Assembly: GCA_964449585.1 (NCBI GenBank)
Contig: CAYUZE010000001.1
Coordinates: 140,142-204,141 of the forward strand
Direction: 5' to 3'
Length of the DNA: 64,000 nt
Source of the DNA: an uncultured Gammaproteobacteria bacterium
GTDB taxonomy: Bacteria; Patescibacteriota; Microgenomatia; UBA10105; UBA927
Part shown: one piece after another, positions 8,454 through 18,331 of the stretch
Layout of the letters: every line of letters begins with the position of its first letter
Position numbering within the stretch: position 1 is the first letter of the stretch
Position numbers and translations under genes: made by a program
The notes under the pieces: generated by a model
Told to the model about the DNA's origin: nothing
What the model saw: only the letters and a program-made list of their open reading frames with translations
The model's database searches: none

Positions 8454-9149
8454 CTATTTTTGAGGATTAAAACGTTTCTCCATTTTATTTTTGAACGTGG
8501 CAATGTCCGCTGCTGTGCAATTCTTTATTTCTGGAAGTCGTTTGGCTATTTCACGTTGTGGTATGTTTTGATCTTCAAGATCACGAATCTTAATATATGT
8601 GCTCACGTTCGTAAATACACGTCTACGTATGGGAACTTTTGTGGTCATTTTTGATTGGTATTGTTTCACAGTTTCCCAAATATCCTCAATATCCTTGATA
8701 GCAGTGTCTTTGTTTATTTGTATTGATAATTTGGTCACAACTTGTTGATGAATAGGTAATTTGGGATCGTCTATTTGAACATCAATATCTATTCCACCAT
8801 AAGGAGTATTTAGCTTGCTCCTTTCGTCCATTAGGTAAAAAAGGAGATCGATATACCATCGCTCATCGAGATTGAATTCACTAGCGAATTTCTCTAATTG
8901 TTCTATGACGAATTTATTAGGAGGTAGTAAGTCGCGGCTTGATTCAAAAGCGAAGCGATTTCTAGTATCTAAGGTTTCGTTTTTAAATAAAGCGTGATAC
9001 CACTGGAGTGCTAATCTTTGTAAAAATCCGCTTTTGGGTATACCCAGCGCAACTCGGTATTTTTCTGTTGCTTTTTGAAACCGCTTCATGCGGACGAGGA
9101 TAGATGCAAGATCAGACCAATATTGTTCGAGATCATTGCTAGTTTTCAT
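8454..9149 (-). CDS. Hypothetical protein, possible C-terminal HTH
   Basis: 231-aa ORF co-oriented with the terminase module; C-terminal IPQREIAKRL. Confidence 0.6.
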   Translation of the reverse strand: MKTSNDLEQYWSDLASILVRMKRFQKATEKYRVALGIPKSGFLQRLALQWYHALFKNETLDTRNRFAFESSRDLLPPNKFVIEQLEKFASEFNLDERWYIDLLFYLMDERSKLNTPYGGIDIDVQIDDPKLPIHQQVVTKLSIQINKDTAIKDIEDIWETVKQYQSKMTTKVPIRRRVFTNVSTYIKIRDLEDQNIPQREIAKRLPEIKNCTAADIATFKNKMEKRFNPQK

Positions 9150-9209
9150 AGCTTGATTATAGCGTAAGGATAATATATTTATGCAGGATTTAGCGGTATA
9201 ATGCAGTGT

Positions 9210-12182
9210 ATGGCGGATAAAACATTTATTTTAAATTCTCCCTATAATGAACCGCTTTTCCATTTTAAGTCTGATGACCGCGGTTTAACGCCTGAAATAA
9301 ACGAGTTTCGTCGTCCAAGTAGCTTCTACATCCCAGTTCCTAAGGCCAAAAGTAAGAATAAGCAGATGGAGCTCAATATAGCTGAAGGTGCATATGGAAG
9401 CGAGATCCAACGCGACAACGTATTCATCAATCGCATACGAGAAAAATTATCGGAATGGCGAAAACAGAATTATCCTGGGCTGACAAAGACATCACGAGAC
9501 TTACTATTTTACTGGAACGATGAGAGTAGAACGAACAAGTTATTTTTTTGTCAGATTGAAGCGCTTGAGACTCTCATGTATGTCACAGAAGTGGCAGAAA
9601 AATCCGGTGAGGGATGGATTATAAATGAGCTTCGACAAAAGAATACAGAGGCAAACCCCGGCCTTTATCGTATGGCGTTTAAAATGGCTACTGGCTCGGG
9701 CAAAACAGTTGTAATGGCAATGATGATTGCCTACAACACTCTAAATAAAATTCGTTATCCAATGGATACGCGATTTACGGATGCGTTTGTGGTTGTTACT
9801 CCGGGAATTACGATTCGGGATCGATTAAACGTGCTTCTTCCTAATGATCCTCACAATTACTATCAACAGCGAGACATTGTTTCCTATCAGGATTTTGAAC
9901 TCCTTCAACAAGCAGTTGTTCACATTGTGAATTTTCAGCAGCTTGAACTCCGACAAAACCCTCGATATCAAATGGGAGGAGTGCTTAAAGCTTCAGGACT
10001 AATAAATGAAGCGGCCATTAAAGAAACACCTAGCGCTATGGTAAATCGAGTATTTAAGAGTTTACTTGGTAAGCCAAGAGTGCTTGTTCTTAATGATGAG
10101 GCACATCACTGCTATCGAGAGAAACCTATGGAGGCAAAATTAACTGGTGATGATCGAGAAGAAGCGGATAAGAATAATAAAGCTGCGCGGGTATGGATTA
10201 GCGGATTAGAAGCATTGTCGCAAAAAATGAATGTAAACGCCATTATAGATCTTTCAGCCACTCCATATTTTCTTCGCGGATCAGGCTATCCGGAAGGAGA
10301 ATTATTTCCATGGGTGGTGTCCGATTTTTCACTTCTTGATGCGCTTGAATGCGGGATAGTAAAGATTCCTCGGTTGCCAGTGTCTGCCGACAACATCACA
10401 GAAAATGATGAGCCGGAGTTTAGAAATCTTTGGCTCCACGTACGAGATGATCTTCCGAAGAAAGGTATTAAAACAGGAGGCTATGATTTAACAGTTTTAG
10501 TGTTGCCTACTAAATTGAGTGAAGCTTTGTTATCTCTTTATCGCAGTTATGAGGCGTATCACAAGGCGTATGAAGAAGCAAAGCAAAACAATCCTGGTGT
10601 TATGCCGCCGGTTATGATCGTGGTTTGTAATAATACGACTGTTTCCGAGCTTGTATATCGCTGGATTGCTGGTTACGAACGGGAATTACCAACTGGAAAA
10701 GTTTCGATTGAAAAAGGAAATCTGGATATTTTCCGAAACGAAGATGGGGTAAATTTTCTCGATAAACCGAATACGTTAATTATTGATAGCGAGCAGTTGG
10801 AGAGTGGTGAAAAGATTGACGAGAATTTTAAACGAATCTTCTCTAAAGAAATAGACGATTTTCATAAAGAGTACAAAAAAAGATTTCCCGGACGTGACGA
10901 TCCAACAGACGAAGAGTTGTTGCGCGAGGTTATGAACACTGTAGGGAAACCCGGTAAATTGGGAGAAAACATTAAGTGTGTAGTGAGCGTTTCGATGCTA
11001 ACTGAGGGATGGGATGTAAATACTGTTACACATATTCTTGGGATACGTGCATTTTCTACTCAGCTTTTGTGCGAACAAGTCGTTGGTCGTGCGTTACGAC
11101 GAATTGATTACACAACGGATGAAGAGACTGGATTAATGCGAGAAGAATATGCAGAGGTATATGGTGTACCGTTTAATTTCTTACGAGTTGAAGGCAACCC
11201 CAGCCCACAACCACCAAAAGTTATTCATCGTGTCCATTCCCTCGATGATCGAGAACAGTATCAAATAACATTTCCTAGGGTTCAGGGATATCGTTTTGAG
11301 CTGAATGAAGAAACATTAGCTGCTCACTTTACTGATGATTCCCGAACAATTATTGAGAATGAGCCTACGCAGATAACACTTGGAGGAATGATAGGTGAAG
11401 AGACCACCGAAAATATGGAAAAAATTAAAGAACGTCGGCAAGGTGAAGTTGTTACTCGTCTATCTGAGGCATTATTGAAAAGATACTATACTTCAGCCGA
11501 CGGGCAAGTAAAATATTGGTTATTCCCCCAAATTAAACGAATTGTAGAGGAATATGTGACTAAATATGTCGTGCTTAAAGACAAAATGGTTATTGGATAT
11601 CTGAGTGTAGGCGAGTACTTCTCCGGTGCGTTAACTAAGATTCAACAGGCAATTATCGCAGAAAATATTTCTCGAACCGACGAGAAAAAGATTTTACCAA
11701 TATTAGCACCATACGACTCTGAAGGATCAACCAGATACGTCGATTTCCTTACGACCAAAGAAGTGCGAGAAACAGTAAAAAGCCATATAAATTATGTGGT
11801 AGCTGACACAGAAGAATGGGAGCAGGGAGTTGCAAAAAAACTTGAAGAGATGCCGGAGGTATTGGCGTACGTTAAGAATCAAAATTTGGGATTTTCAATC
11901 CCATACGAATATGAAGGGATAAGTCGACAATACATAACTGATTTTATCGTAAAGCTGGAGATGCCTGATGAATCTATTCTTAACTTGCTTATTGAAGTTA
12001 CCGGCCTTAAAAGAGATAAAAAGGCAGTTAAGGTGAAGACCGCGAAAGAATTATGGATTCCAGCAGTAAATAATGCCGAACGATTTGGTAAATGGGCAAT
12101 TATTGAAATTCAGGATATCCATGAAACACAGCAGCTCATTCGAGCTGGTATGACACAAGGCTTTGTAAACGAGGTAAACTAG
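9210..12182 (+). CDS. res: Type III restriction enzyme Res subunit (BPTD_3080-like)
   Basis: FFCQIEA, MATGSGKT, NDEAHH, SATP, SMLTEGWD, EQVVGRALR helicase motifs and a C-terminal TDF...IEVTG nuclease. TATAAT at 9197..9202 favours the ATG at 9210. Confidence 0.9.
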   Translation: MADKTFILNSPYNEPLFHFKSDDRGLTPEINEFRRPSSFYIPVPKAKSKNKQMELNIAEGAYGSEIQRDNVFINRIREKLSEWRKQNYPGLTKTSRDLLFYWNDESRTNKLFFCQIEALETLMYVTEVAEKSGEGWIINELRQKNTEANPGLYRMAFKMATGSGKTVVMAMMIAYNTLNKIRYPMDTRFTDAFVVVTPGITIRDRLNVLLPNDPHNYYQQRDIVSYQDFELLQQAVVHIVNFQQLELRQNPRYQMGGVLKASGLINEAAIKETPSAMVNRVFKSLLGKPRVLVLNDEAHHCYREKPMEAKLTGDDREEADKNNKAARVWISGLEALSQKMNVNAIIDLSATPYFLRGSGYPEGELFPWVVSDFSLLDALECGIVKIPRLPVSADNITENDEPEFRNLWLHVRDDLPKKGIKTGGYDLTVLVLPTKLSEALLSLYRSYEAYHKAYEEAKQNNPGVMPPVMIVVCNNTTVSELVYRWIAGYERELPTGKVSIEKGNLDIFRNEDGVNFLDKPNTLIIDSEQLESGEKIDENFKRIFSKEIDDFHKEYKKRFPGRDDPTDEELLREVMNTVGKPGKLGENIKCVVSVSMLTEGWDVNTVTHILGIRAFSTQLLCEQVVGRALRRIDYTTDEETGLMREEYAEVYGVPFNFLRVEGNPSPQPPKVIHRVHSLDDREQYQITFPRVQGYRFELNEETLAAHFTDDSRTIIENEPTQITLGGMIGEETTENMEKIKERRQGEVVTRLSEALLKRYYTSADGQVKYWLFPQIKRIVEEYVTKYVVLKDKMVIGYLSVGEYFSGALTKIQQAIIAENISRTDEKKILPILAPYDSEGSTRYVDFLTTKEVRETVKSHINYVVADTEEWEQGVAKKLEEMPEVLAYVKNQNLGFSIPYEYEGISRQYITDFIVKLEMPDESILNLLIEVTGLKRDKKAVKVKTAKELWIPAVNNAERFGKWAIIEIQDIHETQQLIRAGMTQGFVNEVN

Positions 12183-12187
12183 TCATT

Positions 12188-14653
12188 ATGAGGAAAACCA
12201 AAATTAAGGCACCAACAGACGCCGCCCCAGTAACGTCGTATAAACACAAAGATACCCGCGTACGCATTCCCACGCAAGAAGAATCACAGGCACTTGCTCC
12301 TCGTGAGAAGCGCCCAGTAAAGAAGATTTACGAATATGATCCATCGCTCGATCCCCAATTAACTTGGGCGGGTAAGAGGGAGCAGGGATCACAATTTGGT
12401 GTTTCTACGGTTCCCATTTACCAACAGGAAAAGATAGCCCCAGAAGCCATTATCGCTCGACTTAAGCAAGGAGCAGCGCTTGATACACAATTAACATTCT
12501 TGGGTACGACAGCAACAGAGCAATTCGAGAAAGCAGTTTCCTTTTATGAGCACGAGGATAACTGGCAAAACAGGATGATTCTTGGTGATAGTTTATTGGT
12601 AATGAATAGCTTACTTGAGAAAGAACGAATGCGAGGGAAAGTGCAGACTATTTATATTGATCCTCCTTACGGGATTAAATTTGGATCAAATTGGCAAGTA
12701 AGTACTAGAAAAAGAGAAGTAAAAGAAAATAGAACTGAAGATTTTATAAGACAACCTGAACAAGTTAAAGCTTTCCGTGATACTTGGGAGCTTGGGATCC
12801 ACTCTTATTTATCCTATTTGCGAGATAGATTAACCCTTTCTAGGGAGCTATTAACGGAGAGCGGATCGTGTTTTGTGCAAATTAACGATGAAAACTTGCA
12901 TTTAGTTAGGTGTCTTATGGATGAGGTCTTCGGCACCGATAATTTCATCAGCGTAATTACTTTTACAAAAACTAGTGGTTTTTCATCAGGTTATGTAGAT
13001 TCTATATCTGATTACATTATTTGGTATGCAAAAGATAAATCTTTGACTAAATTTAGAAAATTATTTCGAAATAAAAAAATTGAAACCGATCCAAACTACA
13101 AATATATTGAGATGGCAAATGGCGAAAGAAGATTAATGTCAAAGGAAGAACGAAACGGAACAAAATCGTTGCCTGAGGGGTCAAAAATATACCGATTAAG
13201 CGATATTACTTCACAAGGTGCAGCTAAGGTATCTCAGGAATATATATTTAATGGGAAAAAATATGTACCTGGTGCCGGGGGACACTGGAAGGCAAATTAT
13301 CCGAATGGAATGGATAAATTGGCCAAATTAAAGCGCATCGAAACAACAGGTAATAATCTTGCCTATGTTCGTTATGCGGATGATTTTCCAGCTATTCCTA
13401 TCACCAATAACTGGACAGATACTAACATTGGTTTCGGTACTGACAAAATTTATGTTGTTCAAACGTTAAATACGGTTATTGAGCGCTGCATATTAATGAC
13501 AACTGATCCAGGTGACATTGTTTTAGATCCAACTTGTGGATCTGGTACGACCGCATATGTTGCAGAACAGTGGGGACGAAGATGGATTACAATAGATACT
13601 TCCAGAGTTTCATTAGCACTCGCGCGGACGCGCTTAATGACAGCAAAATATCCTTATTACCTTCTCAAAGATGAAAACATACGTAATGGATTTGTGTACA
13701 AATCAGTTCCACACATAACTCTTAAATCTCTTGCAAATGATGAGCCAGCCGAACAGGAGATTCTATATGACCAGCCTATCCTAAACAACGATATTATTAG
13801 GGTTGCCGGTCCATTTACAGTTGAGAGTTTATCGCCTCACAGAGTATCAGATGCACAGGAGATGGTTTCATCAGAAAATTTTGTGGAAACAGTTGTTTCT
13901 AATCTGTTGAAATCTGGTGTGCAAACGGGTAAACGTGAAGAGCGAATGGAATTTGTGAATCTGGATATCCTTCCAAGCGGTCCTGAGGTTCAAGCTGTAG
14001 GAGAATATAAATCCGCAGATGGATTAAGGAAGGTCGCAGTTTCTATTGGTCCTGAATTCGGCAGTATAGATGACGATTTTATACGCGATGCGGCGAGTGT
14101 GGCAAAGCGATTTGCTAGTTTGTTGGTTGTTGCTGGAACTTCTTTTGAAGCATCAGCATTTTCCGAACCATCCGACGTAAATGGATTGAGAGTCATGAAG
14201 GTCAAAATAAATCCAGACCTATCCATGGGCGATCTTTTGAAAAAGACAGGATCTGGAAATTTATTTCTCGCGTTTGGAGATCCAGATGTTCAAATGCGAC
14301 AAAGCAAAGAGGGGTATGTAGTTGAGGTTATTGGTGTGGATGTGTACGATCCCGTAAAAAGTGAAATTCGATCCAGCGGTTCGGGAGATCCAGATCATGA
14401 TATTGCAGCATGGTTTATTGACACGAATTATGATGGGCGAGCGTTCTTTGTCACTCAAGCATACTTCCCGGGTGGGAATAATCCTTTTGAAAAACTAAAG
14501 AAAGCACTCAAAGCGGATATTAACGAAGAAGTGTGGGATTCACTAAACTCCACAGTTTCACGTCCGTTCGCAAAACCATCAACAGGGAAAGTAGCAGTAA
14601 AAGTGATTAATCATTACGGCGATGAGGCGATGAGAGTTATAGATATAAAGTAA
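12188..14653 (+). CDS. mod: Type III R-M Mod subunit (adenine methyltransferase)
   Basis: YIDPPYG, DPTCGSGTT and a C-terminal KVAVKVINHYGDE; adjacent to res. Confidence 0.9.
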   Translation: MRKTKIKAPTDAAPVTSYKHKDTRVRIPTQEESQALAPREKRPVKKIYEYDPSLDPQLTWAGKREQGSQFGVSTVPIYQQEKIAPEAIIARLKQGAALDTQLTFLGTTATEQFEKAVSFYEHEDNWQNRMILGDSLLVMNSLLEKERMRGKVQTIYIDPPYGIKFGSNWQVSTRKREVKENRTEDFIRQPEQVKAFRDTWELGIHSYLSYLRDRLTLSRELLTESGSCFVQINDENLHLVRCLMDEVFGTDNFISVITFTKTSGFSSGYVDSISDYIIWYAKDKSLTKFRKLFRNKKIETDPNYKYIEMANGERRLMSKEERNGTKSLPEGSKIYRLSDITSQGAAKVSQEYIFNGKKYVPGAGGHWKANYPNGMDKLAKLKRIETTGNNLAYVRYADDFPAIPITNNWTDTNIGFGTDKIYVVQTLNTVIERCILMTTDPGDIVLDPTCGSGTTAYVAEQWGRRWITIDTSRVSLALARTRLMTAKYPYYLLKDENIRNGFVYKSVPHITLKSLANDEPAEQEILYDQPILNNDIIRVAGPFTVESLSPHRVSDAQEMVSSENFVETVVSNLLKSGVQTGKREERMEFVNLDILPSGPEVQAVGEYKSADGLRKVAVSIGPEFGSIDDDFIRDAASVAKRFASLLVVAGTSFEASAFSEPSDVNGLRVMKVKINPDLSMGDLLKKTGSGNLFLAFGDPDVQMRQSKEGYVVEVIGVDVYDPVKSEIRSSGSGDPDHDIAAWFIDTNYDGRAFFVTQAYFPGGNNPFEKLKKALKADINEEVWDSLNSTVSRPFAKPSTGKVAVKVINHYGDEAMRVIDIK

Positions 14654-14655
14654 TG

Positions 14656-15267
14656 TTATTGAAGTTTGCCGATAACTTTCCCCTGGATCTGAAAATTATT
14701 TCCAATAAATGGTTTAAAACTGGAATCAGTACTCTGTGGTATGAGTAGACAAAAACCATCCATCATTTTAAATTTTTTAAGTGTTGCCTCACTTTCGTCA
14801 GCATTACATGCGACAACAACGTCACCATTGTTGGGAACTGATTGTGGTACGACGATAACGACGTCTCCAGGTAAATAGCCTGCCTTATCCATGCTATTTC
14901 CCTTAACTCGCAAGAGAAAGGCGTCTTTTCGACCATGAAGAAGAGAAAGTGGCACATCTCTCTGCTCTTCAATATTTTGTTCCGCGTAGGTTGGTGCCCC
15001 CGCTTGGATTTCGCCGACTAGGGGAATCTTTGTAGTTTTTTCGTTTTTGTCAATAATTTGGATTGCCCGCCTAGCGTGTTTATTGCGGCGAATATATCCA
15101 AGTCTTTCGAGCTTTTCGAGCTGGATAGTAACTCCACGAAGAGATTTTATGTCCGTTCCGTCGCGAATTTCGGGTATGGATGGGGCATATCCATTCCTTT
15201 GGTGATACTGGTTAACAAATTGGTAGACAGATGATACGCGACCTGAAAGGTGAGAATTGGTATCCAT
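14656..15267 (-). CDS. lexA: LexA-type repressor
   Basis: Winged HTH YAPSIPEI, Ala-Gly cleavage site IQAGAP, catalytic Ser (KGNSM) and Lys (TLKK). Confidence 0.9.
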   Translation of the reverse strand: MDTNSHLSGRVSSVYQFVNQYHQRNGYAPSIPEIRDGTDIKSLRGVTIQLEKLERLGYIRRNKHARRAIQIIDKNEKTTKIPLVGEIQAGAPTYAEQNIEEQRDVPLSLLHGRKDAFLLRVKGNSMDKAGYLPGDVVIVVPQSVPNNGDVVVACNADESEATLKKFKMMDGFCLLIPQSTDSSFKPFIGNNFQIQGKVIGKLQ

Positions 15268-15278
15268 ATTTCTACTTA

Positions 15279-15307
15279 TTGTATAATTCTACCAAACGGT
15301 GTATAAA
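15279..15307 (+). promoter_or_regulatory. Putative promoter of the operon divergent from lexA
   Basis: TTGTAT-17 nt-TATAAA; TGTATAA occurs twice. Confidence 0.45.
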
Positions 15308-15329
15308 TATGCAAGTGGGTTGACTGACT

Positions 15330-15354
15330 GCCTCCGAACCCAGGAGGTTTTTTT
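15330..15354 (+). terminator. Terminator-like hairpin in the leader of the defence operon
   Basis: GCCTCC-GAACCCA-GGAGG followed by T7, upstream of the first gene. Confidence 0.6.
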
Positions 15355-15376
15355 GTAGAAAAAGGTGGTGATCAAG

Positions 15377-15643
15377 ATGATATATGCAATTACATATGAT
15401 TTGAACAAAACAGGGCAGGATTATCCAGCCTTGTATCAAAAGATACAAAGTTTAGGAGAGACATTCCATGCGCTGCAGAATTTGTGGGTGTTAAGTACCA
15501 CATATAGCGGGGCAACTGTGCGCGATGAGATTCGTAAAGCGGTAGATGCGAATGATCATATATTTGTCGCACAGCTATACAAAGGCAGTTATTCAGCATG
15601 GATGCCGGTGACGGCGCATGACTGGTTGGAAGCGAGGTTATAA
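15377..15643 (+). CDS. Small Cas2/VapD-like ferredoxin-fold protein
   Basis: N-terminal YAITYDL strand, Y..L...I..LG and Q.LW pattern; 88 aa. Confidence 0.65.
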   Translation: MIYAITYDLNKTGQDYPALYQKIQSLGETFHALQNLWVLSTTYSGATVRDEIRKAVDANDHIFVAQLYKGSYSAWMPVTAHDWLEARL

Positions 15644-15645
15644 AT

Positions 15646-15885
15646 ATGACAAATTACAACGTTGTTAATAATCCGAACGGTGGTTGGGATGTAAAAAGAG
15701 ATGGTGCGGAGAGAGCAAGTGTGCACGCGGATACGCAAGGTGAGGCAGAATCTCAAGCGAAGGGTTTTGCTGGGAATTCAGGTGGTGGTGAGGTGCGTAT
15801 TCAAGGGAGAAACGGTCAGTTTCGTGACAGCGATACGGTTGCACCTGCACATGACCCATACCCGCCACGAGATAAAAAGCATTAA
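15646..15885 (+). CDS. DUF2188 domain protein
   Basis: VV..P.GGWDVKR.GA.RAS...TQ.EA...A......EV.I.G.NG.FR.....DP.PP. Confidence 0.85.
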   Translation: MTNYNVVNNPNGGWDVKRDGAERASVHADTQGEAESQAKGFAGNSGGGEVRIQGRNGQFRDSDTVAPAHDPYPPRDKKH

Positions 15886-15897
15886 GGAAATGGTGAT

Positions 15898-16245
15898 ATG
15901 AAATCAACAATAAATACAGAAGGTAAAAGATATACCGTTGAAGTATTTATGATGAAACCTCTCGAAGGCGTCTATCGGTTCGGAGTTCAAATTTGGGGAG
16001 GCAGAGAAATATTCCCCTTCTCCATAAGGCTGCCCAAAAAGTTTATTGAAGATGAAATTGATGCAAATAATGATAAAGGATATTTGGAAAATCTCACAAT
16101 GAGAGTGGTGGTGGATCACCTAAAGGATATTCTTTCCCTCGATCGAAACGGTGTGATGGCAAATCTTATTTATTGGTTTAAGGATGCAAAGTATAAATAT
16201 GATGAGGAGGTGAAAGATGGAAATTCTTACAAAACCGCTCAATAG
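15898..16245 (+). CDS. Hypothetical protein
   Basis: 115-aa ORF in operon context. Confidence 0.55.
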   Translation: MKSTINTEGKRYTVEVFMMKPLEGVYRFGVQIWGGREIFPFSIRLPKKFIEDEIDANNDKGYLENLTMRVVVDHLKDILSLDRNGVMANLIYWFKDAKYKYDEEVKDGNSYKTAQ

Positions 16246-17524
16246 CTTCAGTTTCGATGATATCGTGTCTTTCCAAAAACAAAATCATGCCGAAGGCATT
16301 GAGTTAGATTATAAAAAAGTATTCCCTGATAAAGGATTGGCAAAGATTATCGCATCGTTTGCGAACACGAGAGGTGGGATGATAATTCTTGGAATAGAGG
16401 AAGATGAAAAAACTGGGTTACCCGTCAGCGCCAACGGCATTGTTCCTGATAAACATGATGACAGAGTATATCAGTACGTTGGAAATATTAATCCGATCCC
16501 AAAGGTTGTATGTCACACAACCAACGAGGTTCATGGTAAGGTATTTGTTTTGATCCGCGTATTTGAAGGCGATGAAACCCCATATTATGTTTATAACGAT
16601 TCAAATATATGGATAAGAACAGGGAATATAAGTAAGCCGATCGATATTGTTTCGCCAGAGGGCGCAGAGCTTCTATATAAGAAAAGTGAACGCGCAGAAA
16701 TTGGAAGGATACACAATTTAGACTCAGCTGAAGCCAATTTTCAGGCATTTATAAAGAGAGCGGAAAAACAACGAGTACGCGAGATCGAAATTGAAAAGGA
16801 GAACTACGAAATAAAGAAGGCTCACAATGAAGACGGGGATAGTTTTCCACCATTTAAATCCCAAATTTCTCAGTCGCCAGTCGGGAAGAATGTTTCGTTG
16901 TTAAAGATAATTGTGCAACCTTATTACCCACGTGGCGAATTTGTTCGTCCGTTGGATATTGAACCTATTATTGTTGACTCAAGAAGTCAAAATAACGTTT
17001 ATGAATTTCCAGCCAATAGAATGTACGAGTCTATTAAAGAGGGAATGATCTTTTTTGACTGGTCGCGACGTGATGGGGAAATACAATGTCAGCAAATATT
17101 TGCTAATGGGTTGGGATACAGCATCCATGACGTTTTACGTCCCATACCCGACGGACAATTGGTAACACACTTGGGTTGGTTTGCGGGAGAGCTTTATATA
17201 ACCTTGTCTGGAATGAGGAAGATATTAGAAAAATTTGGCTATCAGGGAGCGCTTATTGGTAAAGTGTCAATTGAAAACATAGAGGGTGTAATAATAAATC
17301 CAATAATAGAAAGAATGTTTCCTGGAGATACGAAGCCTTCCGTTTTTGCTCATCGAGCTTGGCCGTTAATACTCGATACAAGGATTTTATCCGAAACAGA
17401 CAAGCTTAGGGACTTTGTAACGGAATTGGTAAGGGATATTCACTGGGCGTTTGGCTATAAAGACGTTTCAAGGCAAATTTCAGCGAAATATCTAGTTGAT
17501 AAAGGGTATCTAAGAGAGACTTGA
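16217..17524 (+). CDS. Schlafen/AlbA_2 domain protein
   Basis: E...LDYK, ASFANTRGG.IILGI.E and WIRTG motifs; C-terminal domain not recognised. Confidence 0.85.
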   Translation: MEILTKPLNSFSFDDIVSFQKQNHAEGIELDYKKVFPDKGLAKIIASFANTRGGMIILGIEEDEKTGLPVSANGIVPDKHDDRVYQYVGNINPIPKVVCHTTNEVHGKVFVLIRVFEGDETPYYVYNDSNIWIRTGNISKPIDIVSPEGAELLYKKSERAEIGRIHNLDSAEANFQAFIKRAEKQRVREIEIEKENYEIKKAHNEDGDSFPPFKSQISQSPVGKNVSLLKIIVQPYYPRGEFVRPLDIEPIIVDSRSQNNVYEFPANRMYESIKEGMIFFDWSRRDGEIQCQQIFANGLGYSIHDVLRPIPDGQLVTHLGWFAGELYITLSGMRKILEKFGYQGALIGKVSIENIEGVIINPIIERMFPGDTKPSVFAHRAWPLILDTRILSETDKLRDFVTELVRDIHWAFGYKDVSRQISAKYLVDKGYLRET

Positions 17525-17573
17525 GATTCGATGACTTTTGACTTAATAAACAAAAGGCTGTGTAATAGTTAGC

Positions 17574-18329
17574 ATGTCCCAATACTACAACCCAAATCGA
17601 ATTCGTAATCGATATGAAGCAGGCTCAGCAGATGCCTTCCGCTTGAGCCGGTCGAAGATTGACCTGTATATTAATTGTCCACGATGTTTCTATCTTGACC
17701 GCAAGCTCGGAGTGGGCCAGCCGCCGGGATATCCGTTTAACCTGAATTCAGCCGTCGATAAACTTCTGAAGAAAGAGTTCGACATTCATCGCGCCCACGG
17801 TACTAGGCACCCGCTCATGGAAAAATATGGCATAGATGCCGTGCCACTTGTGCACGAAAAGATAGAAGAATGGCGAGATTCATTGAGAGCCGGTATTACG
17901 CATAGGATAGATAGCACCAATGTTGTGATAACCGGAGGTGTGGACGATGTATGGGTAAATCCGGCTGGTGAGTACATTATCGTCGATTATAAATCCACAT
18001 CTAAAGACGCAGAGGTGACACTCGATGCCGATTGGCAAATCGGATACAAACGTCAGATGGAAATTTATCAGTGGTTATTCCGGAAGAATGGTTTCAAGGT
18101 CTCCTCAACCGGCTACTTTGTCTACTGTAATGGAAATACAGACAAAGAAGCATTTGACGCCAAGCTGGAATTTGATATCAAAATTATTCCGTATATTGGC
18201 GACGACTCATGGGTAGAAAAGACAATTTTAGAAGCCATAGAATGTCTCAAAGGCGAAGCGCTATCTGCGTCCGGAATAGATTGTGATTTTTGTAAGTATC
18301 GGAAAGCAGTAAAGCAATTTGAACAGTAA
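17574..18329 (+). CDS. PD-(D/E)XK nuclease (RecB/Cas4-like, Cys cluster)
   Basis: LSRSKI...CPRCF, GGVDD, IVDYKST, QMEIYQ, C-terminal CDFC. Confidence 0.85.
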   Translation: MSQYYNPNRIRNRYEAGSADAFRLSRSKIDLYINCPRCFYLDRKLGVGQPPGYPFNLNSAVDKLLKKEFDIHRAHGTRHPLMEKYGIDAVPLVHEKIEEWRDSLRAGITHRIDSTNVVITGGVDDVWVNPAGEYIIVDYKSTSKDAEVTLDADWQIGYKRQMEIYQWLFRKNGFKVSSTGYFVYCNGNTDKEAFDAKLEFDIKIIPYIGDDSWVEKTILEAIECLKGEALSASGIDCDFCKYRKAVKQFEQ

Positions 18330-18331
18330 AT

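Noticed and set aside
12188-14653. Phase-variable simple repeats in mod
   Set aside because: No simple-sequence repeat tract was seen in or before the gene.
15377-18329. CRISPR-Cas locus suggested by the Cas2-like and Cas4-like genes
   Set aside because: No cas1, no effector genes and no repeat-spacer array were seen in the window.
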